Sequence record: ON185586.1
DNA length: 50,477 nucleotides
Strand: one strand, 5' to 3'
Source of the DNA: Escherichia phage EC125
Shown here: positions 1-9,732 of the stretch, in pieces
Layout of the letters: every line of letters starts with the position of its first letter
Numbering within the stretch: position 1 is the stretch's first letter
The notes under the pieces: model-generated
What the model saw: only the letters and a program-made list of their open reading frames with translations
Database searches by the model: none
Told to the model about the DNA's origin: nothing
Program-made: the position numbers and the translations under genes

Positions 1-528
1 ATGGCTAAAAATGTTGAGCCTGCTGTAAAGGCATTAAATTTCAAAGAGTTATATAATAAAACTTATGGCGATATTGTCACGCTAAACAACCGCCACAAGT
101 ACACGCCGGAACAGGTTTTTGATATGGCTATCCGCTATTTCACTTGGGCCGAAGAGAATCACATCCAGGCGGCTGAAACTGCTTCCTTTCAGGGTGACGT
201 GTACGAGAGCAGAGTTTACAAGCCTCGCGTTTTCACGGTTAACGGATTCAGCTTGTATCTCGGCGTGACTGAGGCTGCCGTAAGCAAATGGCGTAAAGAG
301 CCTGGATTCTGCGATGTGATGGAGTTTGTTGATAAAGTAATTTACGAGCAAAAATTCCAGCTTGCGGCAAATAACATGATTAATGCTGGATTTATCGGTA
401 AAGAGATCGGCGTAGAGAAGCCAGCAACAGTGAGCGTTGAAGCTAGCGCGGCAGCTAATGCAAGCATTGACGCAGTAACTGCCGATGAGGTGAAAGAGGC
501 TGTTATTGATATTCTGGAGCAACTTTAA
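1..528 (+). CDS. terS: terminase small subunit (putative)
   Basis: 175-aa ORF immediately upstream of and overlapping (TAATG) the terminase large subunit; HTH-like segment; AGGAGG at 50465-50470 sits 7 nt before this ATG if the sequence is circular. Confidence 0.55.
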   Translation: MAKNVEPAVKALNFKELYNKTYGDIVTLNNRHKYTPEQVFDMAIRYFTWAEENHIQAAETASFQGDVYESRVYKPRVFTVNGFSLYLGVTEAAVSKWRKEPGFCDVMEFVDKVIYEQKFQLAANNMINAGFIGKEIGVEKPATVSVEASAAANASIDAVTADEVKEAVIDILEQL

Positions 529-2096
529 TGATCATATGGGAAGATTTGACGGCGGCGCAAAAGCGAGCCATTAAAGAAATCAGTGAGCATTCATTCGAAA
601 AGATGATCAGAATCTGGTTTCAGTTATTGCAGGGGCAAAAATTCCAGAGCAACTGGCATTTTAGCTTATTGTGCAGTGAGGTAGAGAAGATCATCAATGG
701 AGAGTCGCAGAATGTGATTTTCAACATTACGCCAGGTAGCGGTAAGACTGAGATTTTCTCGATCCACATGTCACCCTACGCGTCATTGAAAAGTCGGAAG
801 GTGAGAAACCTTAACCTTTCGTTTAGTGATGGACTTGTCCAGCAAAACAGCAACAGGATAAAGGAGATTATCGGTTCTCCTGAGTGGCAAGAGCTATGGC
901 CAGGAAAACTGGCAAAGGCGAGCGCAAAAGATCTCATAGTTACGGATGGCGGCAAGGTTAAATTGCAAGTTAACTCACGTTCTATTGGCGGACAGGTAAC
1001 AGGTTTGCGTGGCGGCTATATGGATGATGGTTTTACTGGTATGCTGGTTCTGGACGATCCAGACAAGCCTGATGATATGCTTTCTAAGGTCAAGCGTGAG
1101 GCGATCCACATGAGGTTAAAAAACACAGTGCGATCTCGTCGAATGAAAGACACCACGCCAATTGTTATGGTGCAACAGCGACTACACGTTAATGATTCCA
1201 CCTGGTTCATGCTTAATGGCGGGATGGGCGGTATTGAGTTTAAAGTTGTGAGCATTCCTGCGCTTGTTACGAAAGAATACCGCGAAACGCTTCCTGATTG
1301 GTTGAAGCCTGAATTTGATCGTGATGTGTTGTCAAGTAAGCCAGTGATGATAGATGGAGTTGCTCATTATTCATTTTGGCCTGCAAAGGAAAGCGCGGAG
1401 GAATTGCTTGCATTGCGCAATGCAGATCCTTACACGTTCGCCAGCCAATACCAACAACAACCCATCGCGCTTGGCGGCAACGTGTTTAAAACAGAGTGGT
1501 TCCAGTATTACGGCAGCGGCGAAAAATGCGCACTTCCTAAACCGGATCGCTTTGAATACACATTTATTACTGGAGATACAGCACAGAAGGCCGGAGAGCT
1601 TAACGACTATTCAGTTTTTTGTTATTGGGGGATGTATAAAAATCGCGTTTACTTCATTGATGGCATTCGCGGCAAGTGGGAAGCGCCAGATCTTGAATTA
1701 AATTTTATTGCCTTCGTTAATCAGTGCTGGAAGCGCAATAAGGAGTGTGGCAGCTTGCGACGTATTCACATTGAGGATAAGGCCAGCGGCACGGGTTTGA
1801 TTCAGGGGGCCAAAAAGAAGATCCCGATTGATATAAATCCCGTTCAGCGAAGCAATGACAAGGTAACGCGAGCAATGGACGCCGCGCCAGTAATGAGGGC
1901 AGGACGTGTGGCACTGCCAGAAAGTCATCCCATGTTACCTGAGATACTGGCAGAGGTTGCAGCGTTCACTTTTGACGATTCTCATCCCCATGATGATATT
2001 GTCGATAATATAGTTGATGCTGTTAACGTCGAAATGAACTTGGCAGATGATCCGGTAGCAAGGATGAAAAAGCTGGCTGGTCTACGCAATAAATAG
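528..2096 (+). CDS. terL: terminase large subunit
   Basis: 522-aa ORF; ATPase N-terminal and nuclease C-terminal regions typical of phage TerL; position before portal. Confidence 0.85.
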   Translation: MIIWEDLTAAQKRAIKEISEHSFEKMIRIWFQLLQGQKFQSNWHFSLLCSEVEKIINGESQNVIFNITPGSGKTEIFSIHMSPYASLKSRKVRNLNLSFSDGLVQQNSNRIKEIIGSPEWQELWPGKLAKASAKDLIVTDGGKVKLQVNSRSIGGQVTGLRGGYMDDGFTGMLVLDDPDKPDDMLSKVKREAIHMRLKNTVRSRRMKDTTPIVMVQQRLHVNDSTWFMLNGGMGGIEFKVVSIPALVTKEYRETLPDWLKPEFDRDVLSSKPVMIDGVAHYSFWPAKESAEELLALRNADPYTFASQYQQQPIALGGNVFKTEWFQYYGSGEKCALPKPDRFEYTFITGDTAQKAGELNDYSVFCYWGMYKNRVYFIDGIRGKWEAPDLELNFIAFVNQCWKRNKECGSLRRIHIEDKASGTGLIQGAKKKIPIDINPVQRSNDKVTRAMDAAPVMRAGRVALPESHPMLPEILAEVAAFTFDDSHPHDDIVDNIVDAVNVEMNLADDPVARMKKLAGLRNK

Positions 2097-2112
2097 CACT
2101 AATTGCTAAAAA
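2092..2112 (+). promoter_or_regulatory. 21-bp element, variant AATAGCACTAATTGCTAAAAA, at terL/portal junction
   Basis: overlaps terL stop TAG; followed by TATAAT and hairpin plus T-run. Confidence 0.5.
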
Positions 2113-2125
2113 GTTATATAATCAA

Positions 2126-2150
2126 GGCTGGATTTTTCCAGCCTTTTTTA
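2126..2150 (+). terminator. hairpin plus T-run between terL and portal
   Basis: GGCTGGATTTTTCCAGCC then TTTTTTATT. Confidence 0.45.
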
Positions 2151-2166
2151 TTATGGAGATTTGACG

Positions 2167-3459
2167 ATGAGCGAAAAAACAAGGCTAGTTAAGGCCGATG
2201 GATACAACGAGATTTTCAAGGGTAGTAAGGGCAATGGGCGTGTAGAGTTGCCTTTCTTTATGCAAGGGTTCGAATACACCACGCACGCTGATTTTTACAT
2301 TCGCGACGGCCTAGCAAAACGAATTATCGACGTTGTTCCAGAAGAAATGGTGACGCCTGGATTTAATATTGATGGAGTGGAAGATGAGGAGAGTTTTAGA
2401 TCTTTGTGGGATGAGAAGCGACTAAACGATAAAATCATTGATGCGCTTTGCTGGTCGCGTCTTTTTGGTGGCGCTGCAATCGTGGCAATCGTTCAGGATG
2501 GCAGGTCGTTAAAGTCACCTGTAGCGCCTGGTGCAATCCTTGAAGATGTTCGCGTTTACGATCGCTTTCAGGTTAGGGTAGAAAAGCGCGAAACTAATCC
2601 ACGCAAGGTAAGATATGGTGAGCCATTAATTTACACCATTTCACCTGGTGCCGACTTGCCAGAATACCAGGTTCACTATTCGCGAGTCTGTATTATCGAC
2701 GGTGAGCGGCTACCAAATCAGCGGCGTCAATCAAATGATGGGTGGGGTGAGTCGATCCTGAATAAGAGACTTGTTGAGGCTATTTGTGATTATAACTACT
2801 GCGAAAACTTAGCAACTCAATTGTTGCGACGTAAGCAACAGGCGGTATGGAAAGTTAAAGGTCTTGCTGATCTTTGTGATGATGATGATGGTGTTAGTGC
2901 CGCACGTTTGCGACTTGCTCAAGTTGATGATGAGGGTGGCGTAGGCCGTGCGATCGGCATTGATGCGGAAGATGAGGAATATGATGTTTTAAATTCTGAT
3001 ATTTCTGCCGTCGATTCGTTCTTGGAAAAGAAGATGGATCGCATTGTATCTCTTTCCGGCATCCATGAAATCATCCTCAAAAACAAGAACGTTGGCGGTG
3101 TTAGCGCGAGCCAAAACACGGCGCTTGAAACCTTCTACAAGCTGATCGACCGAAAGCGAAAGGAAGAATACAAACCAATCCTTGAATTTCTGATCCCGTT
3201 CCTTATTCAAGAGGAAGAATGGAGCATTCAGTTTGCGCCGTTAAGCGTTCCAAGCGAAAAGGACCAGGCCGAAATCTTGAACAAGAACATTGATTCTTTG
3301 AGTAAGGCTATTGACGGTCAATTCATGGATGCAGAAGAGGCGCGCGACACATTGCGAGCCATTGCGCCTAACGTTAAACTAAAAGACGGCAATGACATTA
3401 AATTACCTGAGCAAGACGTAGAGCCGGAGCCAGGAACAACAGAGGGTAGCAATCAATGA
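2167..3459 (+). CDS. portal protein
   Basis: ORF track starts at a TTG (2161); first ATG at 2167 preceded by GGAG; about 430 aa between TerL and head morphogenesis gene. Confidence 0.75.
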   Translation: MSEKTRLVKADGYNEIFKGSKGNGRVELPFFMQGFEYTTHADFYIRDGLAKRIIDVVPEEMVTPGFNIDGVEDEESFRSLWDEKRLNDKIIDALCWSRLFGGAAIVAIVQDGRSLKSPVAPGAILEDVRVYDRFQVRVEKRETNPRKVRYGEPLIYTISPGADLPEYQVHYSRVCIIDGERLPNQRRQSNDGWGESILNKRLVEAICDYNYCENLATQLLRRKQQAVWKVKGLADLCDDDDGVSAARLRLAQVDDEGGVGRAIGIDAEDEEYDVLNSDISAVDSFLEKKMDRIVSLSGIHEIILKNKNVGGVSASQNTALETFYKLIDRKRKEEYKPILEFLIPFLIQEEEWSIQFAPLSVPSEKDQAEILNKNIDSLSKAIDGQFMDAEEARDTLRAIAPNVKLKDGNDIKLPEQDVEPEPGTTEGSNQ

Positions 3460-4211
3460 TAGTGAAAGGCGTCGTTAAACAATGGCGCTTTCCTGAAGCA
3501 AGCGAGCGGCAATTGCGCCGCTCAATTCAGGAGGCGATAAGGGATCTTGTTGTGCTGATGCGCAGCAAAACAAAGGAAATGAAATTTGACGCGGACACCG
3601 AAGAAATCAACGCCGCAGAGGATGAGATTAGTAGCTTCGCGTTAAAGCTAATAGCTGGCATCGCCGCATCACTTCCGGCTATCGGTCTTGCTGTTTATAA
3701 ATTCAACGCGAAGCAATTTATTAACGTAGCCAAATCAACGGGAGGCAAGTCAAATTCAGCCGTTATCATCCTTATGGCTATTGGGGCCAATGCGAATGAG
3801 AGTTGGTATAGGACGCTATACGGTCAATGGCATGACATGACGATCGCATCTCTTCAAAAGCTATTTGGAAACATCGTGTCTGACTGGTCAACCAATATTA
3901 GATTGGCAAACTTTCGCGGAATGAGAGATAGCCAGGTTAATGAATTGGCTGGTAAGAGGTTCGCAGTGTATAGCTCTTGGGGTAAGACAAGGGCGGAAAA
4001 CATCATAGGCGCTTGGAATAGTAGACTCATGCGCCAGCGTCTTTATGATTCAAAAGTAACTCATTATTTTTGGCATGGTATGCTTGATGACAGAGAGCGA
4101 TTGCAGCATGTACAATGGGAAGGTAAGCGCATTGCGCTAGATTCTGAACATGATTTTCCTGGTGAGCCTTTCGGTTGTCGTTGTTGGGCCATACCAGATT
4201 GGAACAGTTAA
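3456..4211 (+). CDS. head morphogenesis / minor capsid protein (Mu F / SPP1 gp7-like)
   Basis: 251 aa; C-terminal ...GCRCW... motif typical of Mu F-like proteins; ATGA overlap with portal stop. Confidence 0.7.
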   Translation: MIVKGVVKQWRFPEASERQLRRSIQEAIRDLVVLMRSKTKEMKFDADTEEINAAEDEISSFALKLIAGIAASLPAIGLAVYKFNAKQFINVAKSTGGKSNSAVIILMAIGANANESWYRTLYGQWHDMTIASLQKLFGNIVSDWSTNIRLANFRGMRDSQVNELAGKRFAVYSSWGKTRAENIIGAWNSRLMRQRLYDSKVTHYFWHGMLDDRERLQHVQWEGKRIALDSEHDFPGEPFGCRCWAIPDWNS

Positions 4212-4221
4212 GAGGTATTAA

Positions 4222-5337
4222 ATGAAGGCAAAACAAAGATTTGATAGCGCCAAAGTAAAGGCGCACTTTGATGATAACGGGTTTTTAGTTGATCGCCCTA
4301 TCGTGGCGCGAATTGGTTTACAAGTCTATCAGACTCCTTTCGGTGAGCGCCGAGAATTTCGCCCTGCGTCAGAAGTATTCAAGGCCGACTCGCTCGCCAC
4401 CTTTGCAGGGAAGCCGGTCACGGTTGGTCACGTCACGGTAACGCCAGAAAACGCCGAAAAGGTTGTAGTTGGTTCTTGTGCTGGCGCTGGTGTGCCGAAC
4501 GGGATCGGCGTAGAGGTTCCGTTAAGCATTTACTCAAAACGAGCAATCGAAAGCGCAAAGAAGCGAGACACGGCGGAAATTTCAGTTGGTTATACATCGG
4601 TTGATATTGATAAACCAGGCTGGGGCAATAATAAAACTGGTGAGTACGTTTTCGATGAGGACGTTAGCGAAGACTGGAAACCTGATTCTCCTGATTGGGT
4701 TAAGTTTGATGCAATCCAGACTGAAATCAAGGTAAACCACATCGCGTTAGTTTTCCGAGGTCGAGCTGGCATTGCAAAATTAAACCTTGATAGCCAGCAA
4801 GATTTTCCGTATAGTGACGACGTTATTAACAACAAAGAGGATCAAATCATGACTGTAAAAATTAAACTTGATGGCGCTGTAGAATTTGATGTGCCGAAGG
4901 CGGTTGCGGATCACATTGAGACGCTTAAAGATGATGCCAAAGCACAGAAAGAAAAGGCTGACGGCCTGGAAGCTGAGCGCGATGCGCTGCAATCCAAAGT
5001 AGATGGCATTCAGGATCAGATTGATGCCGCAGTCAAGAAGGCCAAAGAAGATGCCGAGCAATATGCTCAATTAGTGGCAGACGCTAAAGAGTTAGGCATC
5101 AAGTGCGACGGCCTGGATGCGAAAGCAATCAAGGTTGCATACATCAAAGAAGTTATGGGTAATGACGTTTCTGATAAAGCTGATGCCTATATCGAAACAG
5201 CTTTCGACATCGCCAAAAACTCTGATAAAATGGCTGCGCAGCGTAAGAGTATTAAAGGTGACTCTTTCGCGAATGAAAAGCAGGATGATGCAGGTTCTAA
5301 GCTGAATCCTAACGCTCGTTTTGAGAAACTGAAATAA
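4222..5337 (+). CDS. putative capsid scaffolding / maturation protein
   Basis: 371 aa; C-terminal charged coiled-coil-like region (KDDAKAQKEKADGLEAERDALQSK...); position between head morphogenesis and capsid genes. Confidence 0.4.
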   Translation: MKAKQRFDSAKVKAHFDDNGFLVDRPIVARIGLQVYQTPFGERREFRPASEVFKADSLATFAGKPVTVGHVTVTPENAEKVVVGSCAGAGVPNGIGVEVPLSIYSKRAIESAKKRDTAEISVGYTSVDIDKPGWGNNKTGEYVFDEDVSEDWKPDSPDWVKFDAIQTEIKVNHIALVFRGRAGIAKLNLDSQQDFPYSDDVINNKEDQIMTVKIKLDGAVEFDVPKAVADHIETLKDDAKAQKEKADGLEAERDALQSKVDGIQDQIDAAVKKAKEDAEQYAQLVADAKELGIKCDGLDAKAIKVAYIKEVMGNDVSDKADAYIETAFDIAKNSDKMAAQRKSIKGDSFANEKQDDAGSKLNPNARFEKLK

Positions 5338-5349
5338 GGAGTAATTAAA

Positions 5350-5841
5350 ATGGCTAAAATTGGAGCAAGTTATTTTGAAACTATGGCGCGTGCACTTCCT
5401 GGTCAGGTGTCTGATACTTCCGCTTATAACATTGACGGAGCTTGTGTTCTTGAAAAAGACGATGGTGTTCCGATCTTTGTTGGCGTAGCTGTTAAGCTAA
5501 AAGGCGTTGACTCTATGGGTAACAAAATCATTAATGCCATTTCAAGTGCTGGTGACAATCCTTATGGTGTAGCTGTTCGATCTCACTTCCAGACAACCAC
5601 AAATGATGGTAGAATGGTTTATGAGGCTGGTGGTGGAATCAACGTAATGACAGAGGGGCGTTGCTGGATGATTGCGGCGGATGAATCCGCGCCAGAATAC
5701 GGCAAGCCAATCAAGATCAAGCACGAAAACGGCATTGTTGACACGTCAACAGGAGACATCGCAACTAACTGGGTTGCAACTGGTGATTATACTAAGTTTG
5801 GCGACCTTAAACTGGTTGAGGTTCAGGTTTTGCCTTCATAA
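5350..5841 (+). CDS. capsid-associated protein, paralog A (possible decoration protein)
   Basis: 163 aa; N-terminal region similar to next ORF (LPGQVSDTSAYNIDGACV vs LPGCLVDTTRYNIDGCCV); followed by terminator. Confidence 0.35.
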   Translation: MAKIGASYFETMARALPGQVSDTSAYNIDGACVLEKDDGVPIFVGVAVKLKGVDSMGNKIINAISSAGDNPYGVAVRSHFQTTTNDGRMVYEAGGGINVMTEGRCWMIAADESAPEYGKPIKIKHENGIVDTSTGDIATNWVATGDYTKFGDLKLVEVQVLPS

Positions 5842-5860
5842 TTCAAAGGCTTTATAATTC

Positions 5861-5887
5861 AGGCATCCTTTATGGATGCCTTTTTTA
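5861..5887 (+). terminator. intrinsic terminator
   Basis: AGGCATCCTTTATGGATGCCT then TTTTTT. Confidence 0.6.
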
Positions 5888-5903
5888 TTATAGGAGACAA
5901 AAA

Positions 5904-6689
5904 ATGAGCGATTATAGTGTAGTTATGGGTAAGTCACTTCCTGGCTGCCTTGTTGATACGACGCGTTACAATATTGATGGTTGCTGCGTATGCACTGATG
6001 AATCAATTCTCGTCGGTAAAGCTGTATTTATTACAAAAAATGAGAATGGTTATAAGATGATTACCACAAACAAGACTGGTGATTCTGTTTTAATGGGTGT
6101 ATCAATCAGATCTCAAATTGTCACAAGCATGAATGAAGAAGATGGATATACAGACTATAAGGAAGGAGATCCAATTAGCGTAGCAACTATGGGTAAAGTA
6201 TGGGCGCTAACAGAAAGCATTGATTCAGCACCAAAGCCAGGGGATAAGGTTTATGTTGATAATGATGGTTTTATTGCAACAGTTGGAGACAACCTCGCTG
6301 ACGGCTGGAGCTTTACAGGAGACTTTGAAAAACTTGATGAAACATTCAATATTGTTGGTGTGTACGTTCGACGAAAGATTGTGCATATCCACAAATTAAC
6401 AGCAGCAATTATTGAAGACACAGAAGGAAACAAGCCAGACGGGAACAGATTTAATAATAGCCCAGTGACACTAAAGGTCACCGTTGAGCCTGATTGGGCA
6501 ACTGATAAATCAGGCAGATGGGAAATTTCTATAGGTAGTGAGCATGCTTCACTTGAAGAAATTGAGGGTGGTTCGAAGGCAAAAATCACACCTAACGGTA
6601 CGACAGGTGAGGTTTATATTAACTGGACTTCAAACGATGGTTCAGGAGTTGCAGATACGTTTCTGATAAACTTTATCGACCAAAGCTAA
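5904..6689 (+). CDS. capsid-associated protein, paralog B with C-terminal Ig-like extension
   Basis: 261 aa; shares N-terminal region with 5350-5841; beta-rich Ig-like C-terminal region. Confidence 0.35.
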   Translation: MSDYSVVMGKSLPGCLVDTTRYNIDGCCVCTDESILVGKAVFITKNENGYKMITTNKTGDSVLMGVSIRSQIVTSMNEEDGYTDYKEGDPISVATMGKVWALTESIDSAPKPGDKVYVDNDGFIATVGDNLADGWSFTGDFEKLDETFNIVGVYVRRKIVHIHKLTAAIIEDTEGNKPDGNRFNNSPVTLKVTVEPDWATDKSGRWEISIGSEHASLEEIEGGSKAKITPNGTTGEVYINWTSNDGSGVADTFLINFIDQS

Positions 6690-6710
6690 TAACAAAAAAT
6701 AGATTTGCAC

Positions 6711-6729
6711 GTTTAACAAAAAGTGCTAT
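6711..6729 (-). promoter_or_regulatory. 21-bp element, inverted copy in 5' UTR of major capsid gene
   Basis: TTTAACAAAAAGTGCTAT followed by hairpin and RBS. Confidence 0.5.
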
Positions 6730-6773
6730 CATCTAGGCCGTTACATTTAACGGCCTTTTATGGAGGAAACAAA

Positions 6774-7745
6774 ATGGCTAAAAAATATGATGAACTAGAT
6801 GCTACGATTGTAGCAAATCATTTACAGGTTCAGGGCGTTAAGGGTGATGCTTCTGATATGGGCATTTGGACCGCTCAAGAGCTACACAAGATCCGCTCTA
6901 CCGCATACGAGAAAGAGTATCCGGCAGGTTCCGCGCTTCGCGTATTCCCTGTAACAAACGAGCTTTCTGATACTGACAAGACTTTCGAATATCAGACTTT
7001 TGATAAGGTTGGATACGCGAAAATTATCGCCGACTACACCGATGATCTGCCGACTGTGGACGCGTTGATGACTTCTGAGTTTGGTAAAGTGTTCCGCCTG
7101 GGTAACGCTTACCTGATCTCCATTGATGAGATTAAAGCAGGTCAGCGAACTGGCAAGAGCCTGTCAACTCGCAAGGCTAACGCTGCGCAAAATGCGCATG
7201 ATCAGTTGATTAACTTCCTGGTGTTCAAAGGTTCCAAGCCTCATAAGATCGTTTCCGTTTTCGATCACCCTAACCTTACGAAAATTGTTTCTAAAGGATG
7301 GATGAGCAAGGATGGAAACACCAAGTTCCCTGATGTGGCAAGCGATGAACTGGAGGCTGCAATCGAAACGATCGAGGAAGTAACCAAAGGTCAGCACCGA
7401 GCGACTAACATCCTGATCCCGCCGTCCATGCGCAAAGTCCTGACGGTTCGAATGGAAAATACCACTGAAAGTTATCTGGAATACTTCCAGAAGCAAAACG
7501 GCGGTATCACTATCGACTCTATCGCAGAGCTTGAGGATATTGACGGCAAAGGTACGAAAGGTTGCTTGGTTTACGAAAAAGATCCAATGAACATGAGCAT
7601 TGAGATTCCAGAAGCGTTTAACATGCTTCCGGCGCAGCCAAAAGACCTTCACTTCAAGGTTCCTTGCACTTCCAAGTGTACTGGCCTTACGATTTACCGT
7701 CCGTTTACGATGGTGCTTATTACTGGCTTGAAAAAGGCTGAGTAA
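6774..7745 (+). CDS. major capsid protein
   Basis: ORF track extends to 6723, but ATG at 6774 follows GGAGGAAACAAA; 323 aa; followed by strong terminator. Confidence 0.7.
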   Translation: MAKKYDELDATIVANHLQVQGVKGDASDMGIWTAQELHKIRSTAYEKEYPAGSALRVFPVTNELSDTDKTFEYQTFDKVGYAKIIADYTDDLPTVDALMTSEFGKVFRLGNAYLISIDEIKAGQRTGKSLSTRKANAAQNAHDQLINFLVFKGSKPHKIVSVFDHPNLTKIVSKGWMSKDGNTKFPDVASDELEAAIETIEEVTKGQHRATNILIPPSMRKVLTVRMENTTESYLEYFQKQNGGITIDSIAELEDIDGKGTKGCLVYEKDPMNMSIEIPEAFNMLPAQPKDLHFKVPCTSKCTGLTIYRPFTMVLITGLKKAE

Positions 7746-7756
7746 TTAGATAACAT

Positions 7757-7785
7757 GGGGAGCCTTAATGGTTCCCCTTTTTTTA
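7757..7785 (+). terminator. intrinsic terminator after major capsid gene
   Basis: GGGGAGCCTTAATGGTTCCCC then T-run. Confidence 0.6.
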
Positions 7786-7802
7786 TTTATGGAGCACACA
7801 AA

Positions 7803-8069
7803 ATGAGCAAAAATTTAAAACTTAAAGTAACTGGCGTTTGCATGATTGTTATGGACGGCAAGCGTTATCATCCTGGTGATGAGATTGAAATTGAATCTGA
7901 TCGCATTAATGATTCCGCAATTGAATACCTGATCGCTCGCGGCGATGTGGAAGTTAAAGACAATTCCGAAATTAACGAGCAAATCAAGGAGAAAGCGGAG
8001 AAGAAGCGCAAAAAAGATCCTACCGAGGGCAAGAGCCGCAAAGAGCTAGAGGATGGCGGCGAATATTAA
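7803..8069 (+). CDS. hypothetical protein (small, charged C-terminus)
   Basis: track ORF begins inside terminator hairpin; ATG at 7803 after GGAG; 88 aa. Confidence 0.45.
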   Translation: MSKNLKLKVTGVCMIVMDGKRYHPGDEIEIESDRINDSAIEYLIARGDVEVKDNSEINEQIKEKAEKKRKKDPTEGKSRKELEDGGEY

Positions 8070-8115
8070 TAATTGGGGCGCTTATGCGCCCCTTGTCATA
8101 TCTGGAGAAAACAAA

Positions 8116-8535
8116 ATGGTAGATGAATTTTACACAGACGCTGAAATCGTTCAGCAAATCGTAAAGTTGGCCCCACCAATGCAGCAGGTTGATCCCGATT
8201 TAATTGTGGCATGGATTGAGCTTGCTAAAGAATTTGTTTGCAAAAAACGGTTTAAAAACTCATACCCGAAAGCGGTTGCGCTTTACACTCTTCACCTTAT
8301 GACCTTAGACTGGGCAATGAAACAGGAAGGTGAAAGCGTAGAAAGCTATTCCCGCCGCGTTGCATCGTTCACTCTGACTGGTGAGTTTAGTCAGACGTTT
8401 GATCGAATTTCTTCCGATACAAGCGGAAAGCAGATCCGACAAACGCCGTGGGGCAAAATGTACGAAGTGTTAAACCGTAAGCACGGTGGCGGCTTTGGAC
8501 TTGTAACTGGATTGCGCCGGAGATGTTGCCGATGA
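8116..8535 (+). CDS. putative head-tail connector / adaptor protein
   Basis: ATG at 8116 after GGAGAAAACAAA; 139 aa; position in head-tail joining region. Confidence 0.4.
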   Translation: MVDEFYTDAEIVQQIVKLAPPMQQVDPDLIVAWIELAKEFVCKKRFKNSYPKAVALYTLHLMTLDWAMKQEGESVESYSRRVASFTLTGEFSQTFDRISSDTSGKQIRQTPWGKMYEVLNRKHGGGFGLVTGLRRRCCR

Positions 8536-8906
8536 ATTACAATGAGATTGCAAGAATGGCTACTGCTGGGATTAACTTTTTCAGCGACGCTAACGGTATG
8601 TTTAAGTGCATCACGCAGCAGGGAGGGGTTGATATTATCGGCGGAGAGGAAGTTACCAAGCCTGAGATTTCAGTGATGATAAAGGGGCTTGTTAGATCTC
8701 CGAGGACTAGAGAGGTTGACGGTGAAACGATCCGAGTAACCGACAAGTTGGGGGTATTCACCAATGAAACTGAGATCAAAAATGGTTATCAGATTGAAAT
8801 TGATGGCGATCGTTATGTTGTCGTTGAAGCAAGACCAGTCAGACAGACTAACATCACGGCAGCTTATCGTCCGATATTAAGGAGGATTGCAGTGCATGGA
8901 GGATAA
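8532..8906 (+). CDS. putative head-tail joining protein
   Basis: about 124 aa; overlaps neighbours; position. Confidence 0.35.
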   Translation: MNYNEIARMATAGINFFSDANGMFKCITQQGGVDIIGGEEVTKPEISVMIKGLVRSPRTREVDGETIRVTDKLGVFTNETEIKNGYQIEIDGDRYVVVEARPVRQTNITAAYRPILRRIAVHGG

Positions 8907-9339
8907 TTATAAGATCAGGGAATTTCACGGTGATATAAGCAGGTGGATTGATTCAGTAAGCAGCGGCCTTGTTGATTGCGTTGAAATGTTCGCGACAAAC
9001 GTCCACGAGGATCTTGTAAAGCGTTCGCCAGTTGATACGGGCCGATATAAAGCTAACTGGCAGGTAACAGCAAACAAGCCGCCGCTATATGCTCTCAATC
9101 AATACGATCGCGATGGTAGTAAAACCATTGCAGAAGGCAAGCGAGCAATATATGCAATCATGCGGGGCGGTGGAGCGGTGCGGTCAATCTATTTTTCAAA
9201 CATGCTTATTTACGCCAATGCGCTTGAATACGGGCATTCAAAACAAGCGCCGTCCGGCGTGCTGGGAATCGTGGCGGTAAAGCTGCGATCCTATATGACT
9301 AAGGCAATAAAGGATTCGAGGGCAAAAAATGCACTATGA
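8896..9339 (+). CDS. HK97 gp10-like tail component / neck protein
   Basis: ATG at 8896 downstream of AAGGAGG; ...VDTGRYKANWQV... resembles HK97 gp10 family. Confidence 0.55.
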   Translation: MEDNYKIREFHGDISRWIDSVSSGLVDCVEMFATNVHEDLVKRSPVDTGRYKANWQVTANKPPLYALNQYDRDGSKTIAEGKRAIYAIMRGGGAVRSIYFSNMLIYANALEYGHSKQAPSGVLGIVAVKLRSYMTKAIKDSRAKNAL

Positions 9340-9730
9340 TTTAATGTTAGCGGCAAGAAAGGCGCTGGCGGCGGAATATGAATCACGATTCAAGATCGCC
9401 TATGAAAACGTTGATTTTGTTCCGCCTGGTGATGGTTCGATGTGGTTAAAATTTGACTACATGGAAGCCGACACAGATCGCATATCTCTTGATAGAAAAT
9501 GCGTTTCTTATATCGGATTGGTTCAGGTTGGAATTGTTATGCCTCCTGGCGGCGGCACTGATAAAGCGCGTTTGCTGGCTAAAGAGATTGCGAGATTTTT
9601 CTATGATGGTAGAATGTTTGAAACTGGCTATATTAGCGATGGGGCAAAGGTCCACACATTACTAAAAAGTGAAACAGGTTGGTTCTTACCGATCCGTTTC
9701 AGTGTTAGGCTTGACACAAAGGAGGAATAA
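9329..9730 (+). CDS. putative tail terminator / tail completion protein
   Basis: 133 aa immediately upstream of major tail protein. Confidence 0.35.
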   Translation: MHYDLMLAARKALAAEYESRFKIAYENVDFVPPGDGSMWLKFDYMEADTDRISLDRKCVSYIGLVQVGIVMPPGGGTDKARLLAKEIARFFYDGRMFETGYISDGAKVHTLLKSETGWFLPIRFSVRLDTKEE

Positions 9731-9732
9731 TC

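Noticed and set aside
82-522. 146-aa minus-strand ORF inside terS, and similar antisense ORFs across the late block (for example 1016-1255, 7164-7652, 9841-10311, 11931-12296, 17231-17545)
   Set aside because: They lie entirely within clearly coding plus-strand genes, lack RBS context and have low-complexity translations; typical shadow ORFs.
6723-6773. Long N-terminal extensions of ORF-track entries (6723, 7755, 8053, 16363, 23723, 32834, 42302, 42736, 45023, 47096)
   Set aside because: Several start on TTG/GTG or run through terminator hairpins and intergenic elements; downstream ATGs with proper Shine-Dalgarno spacing were preferred.
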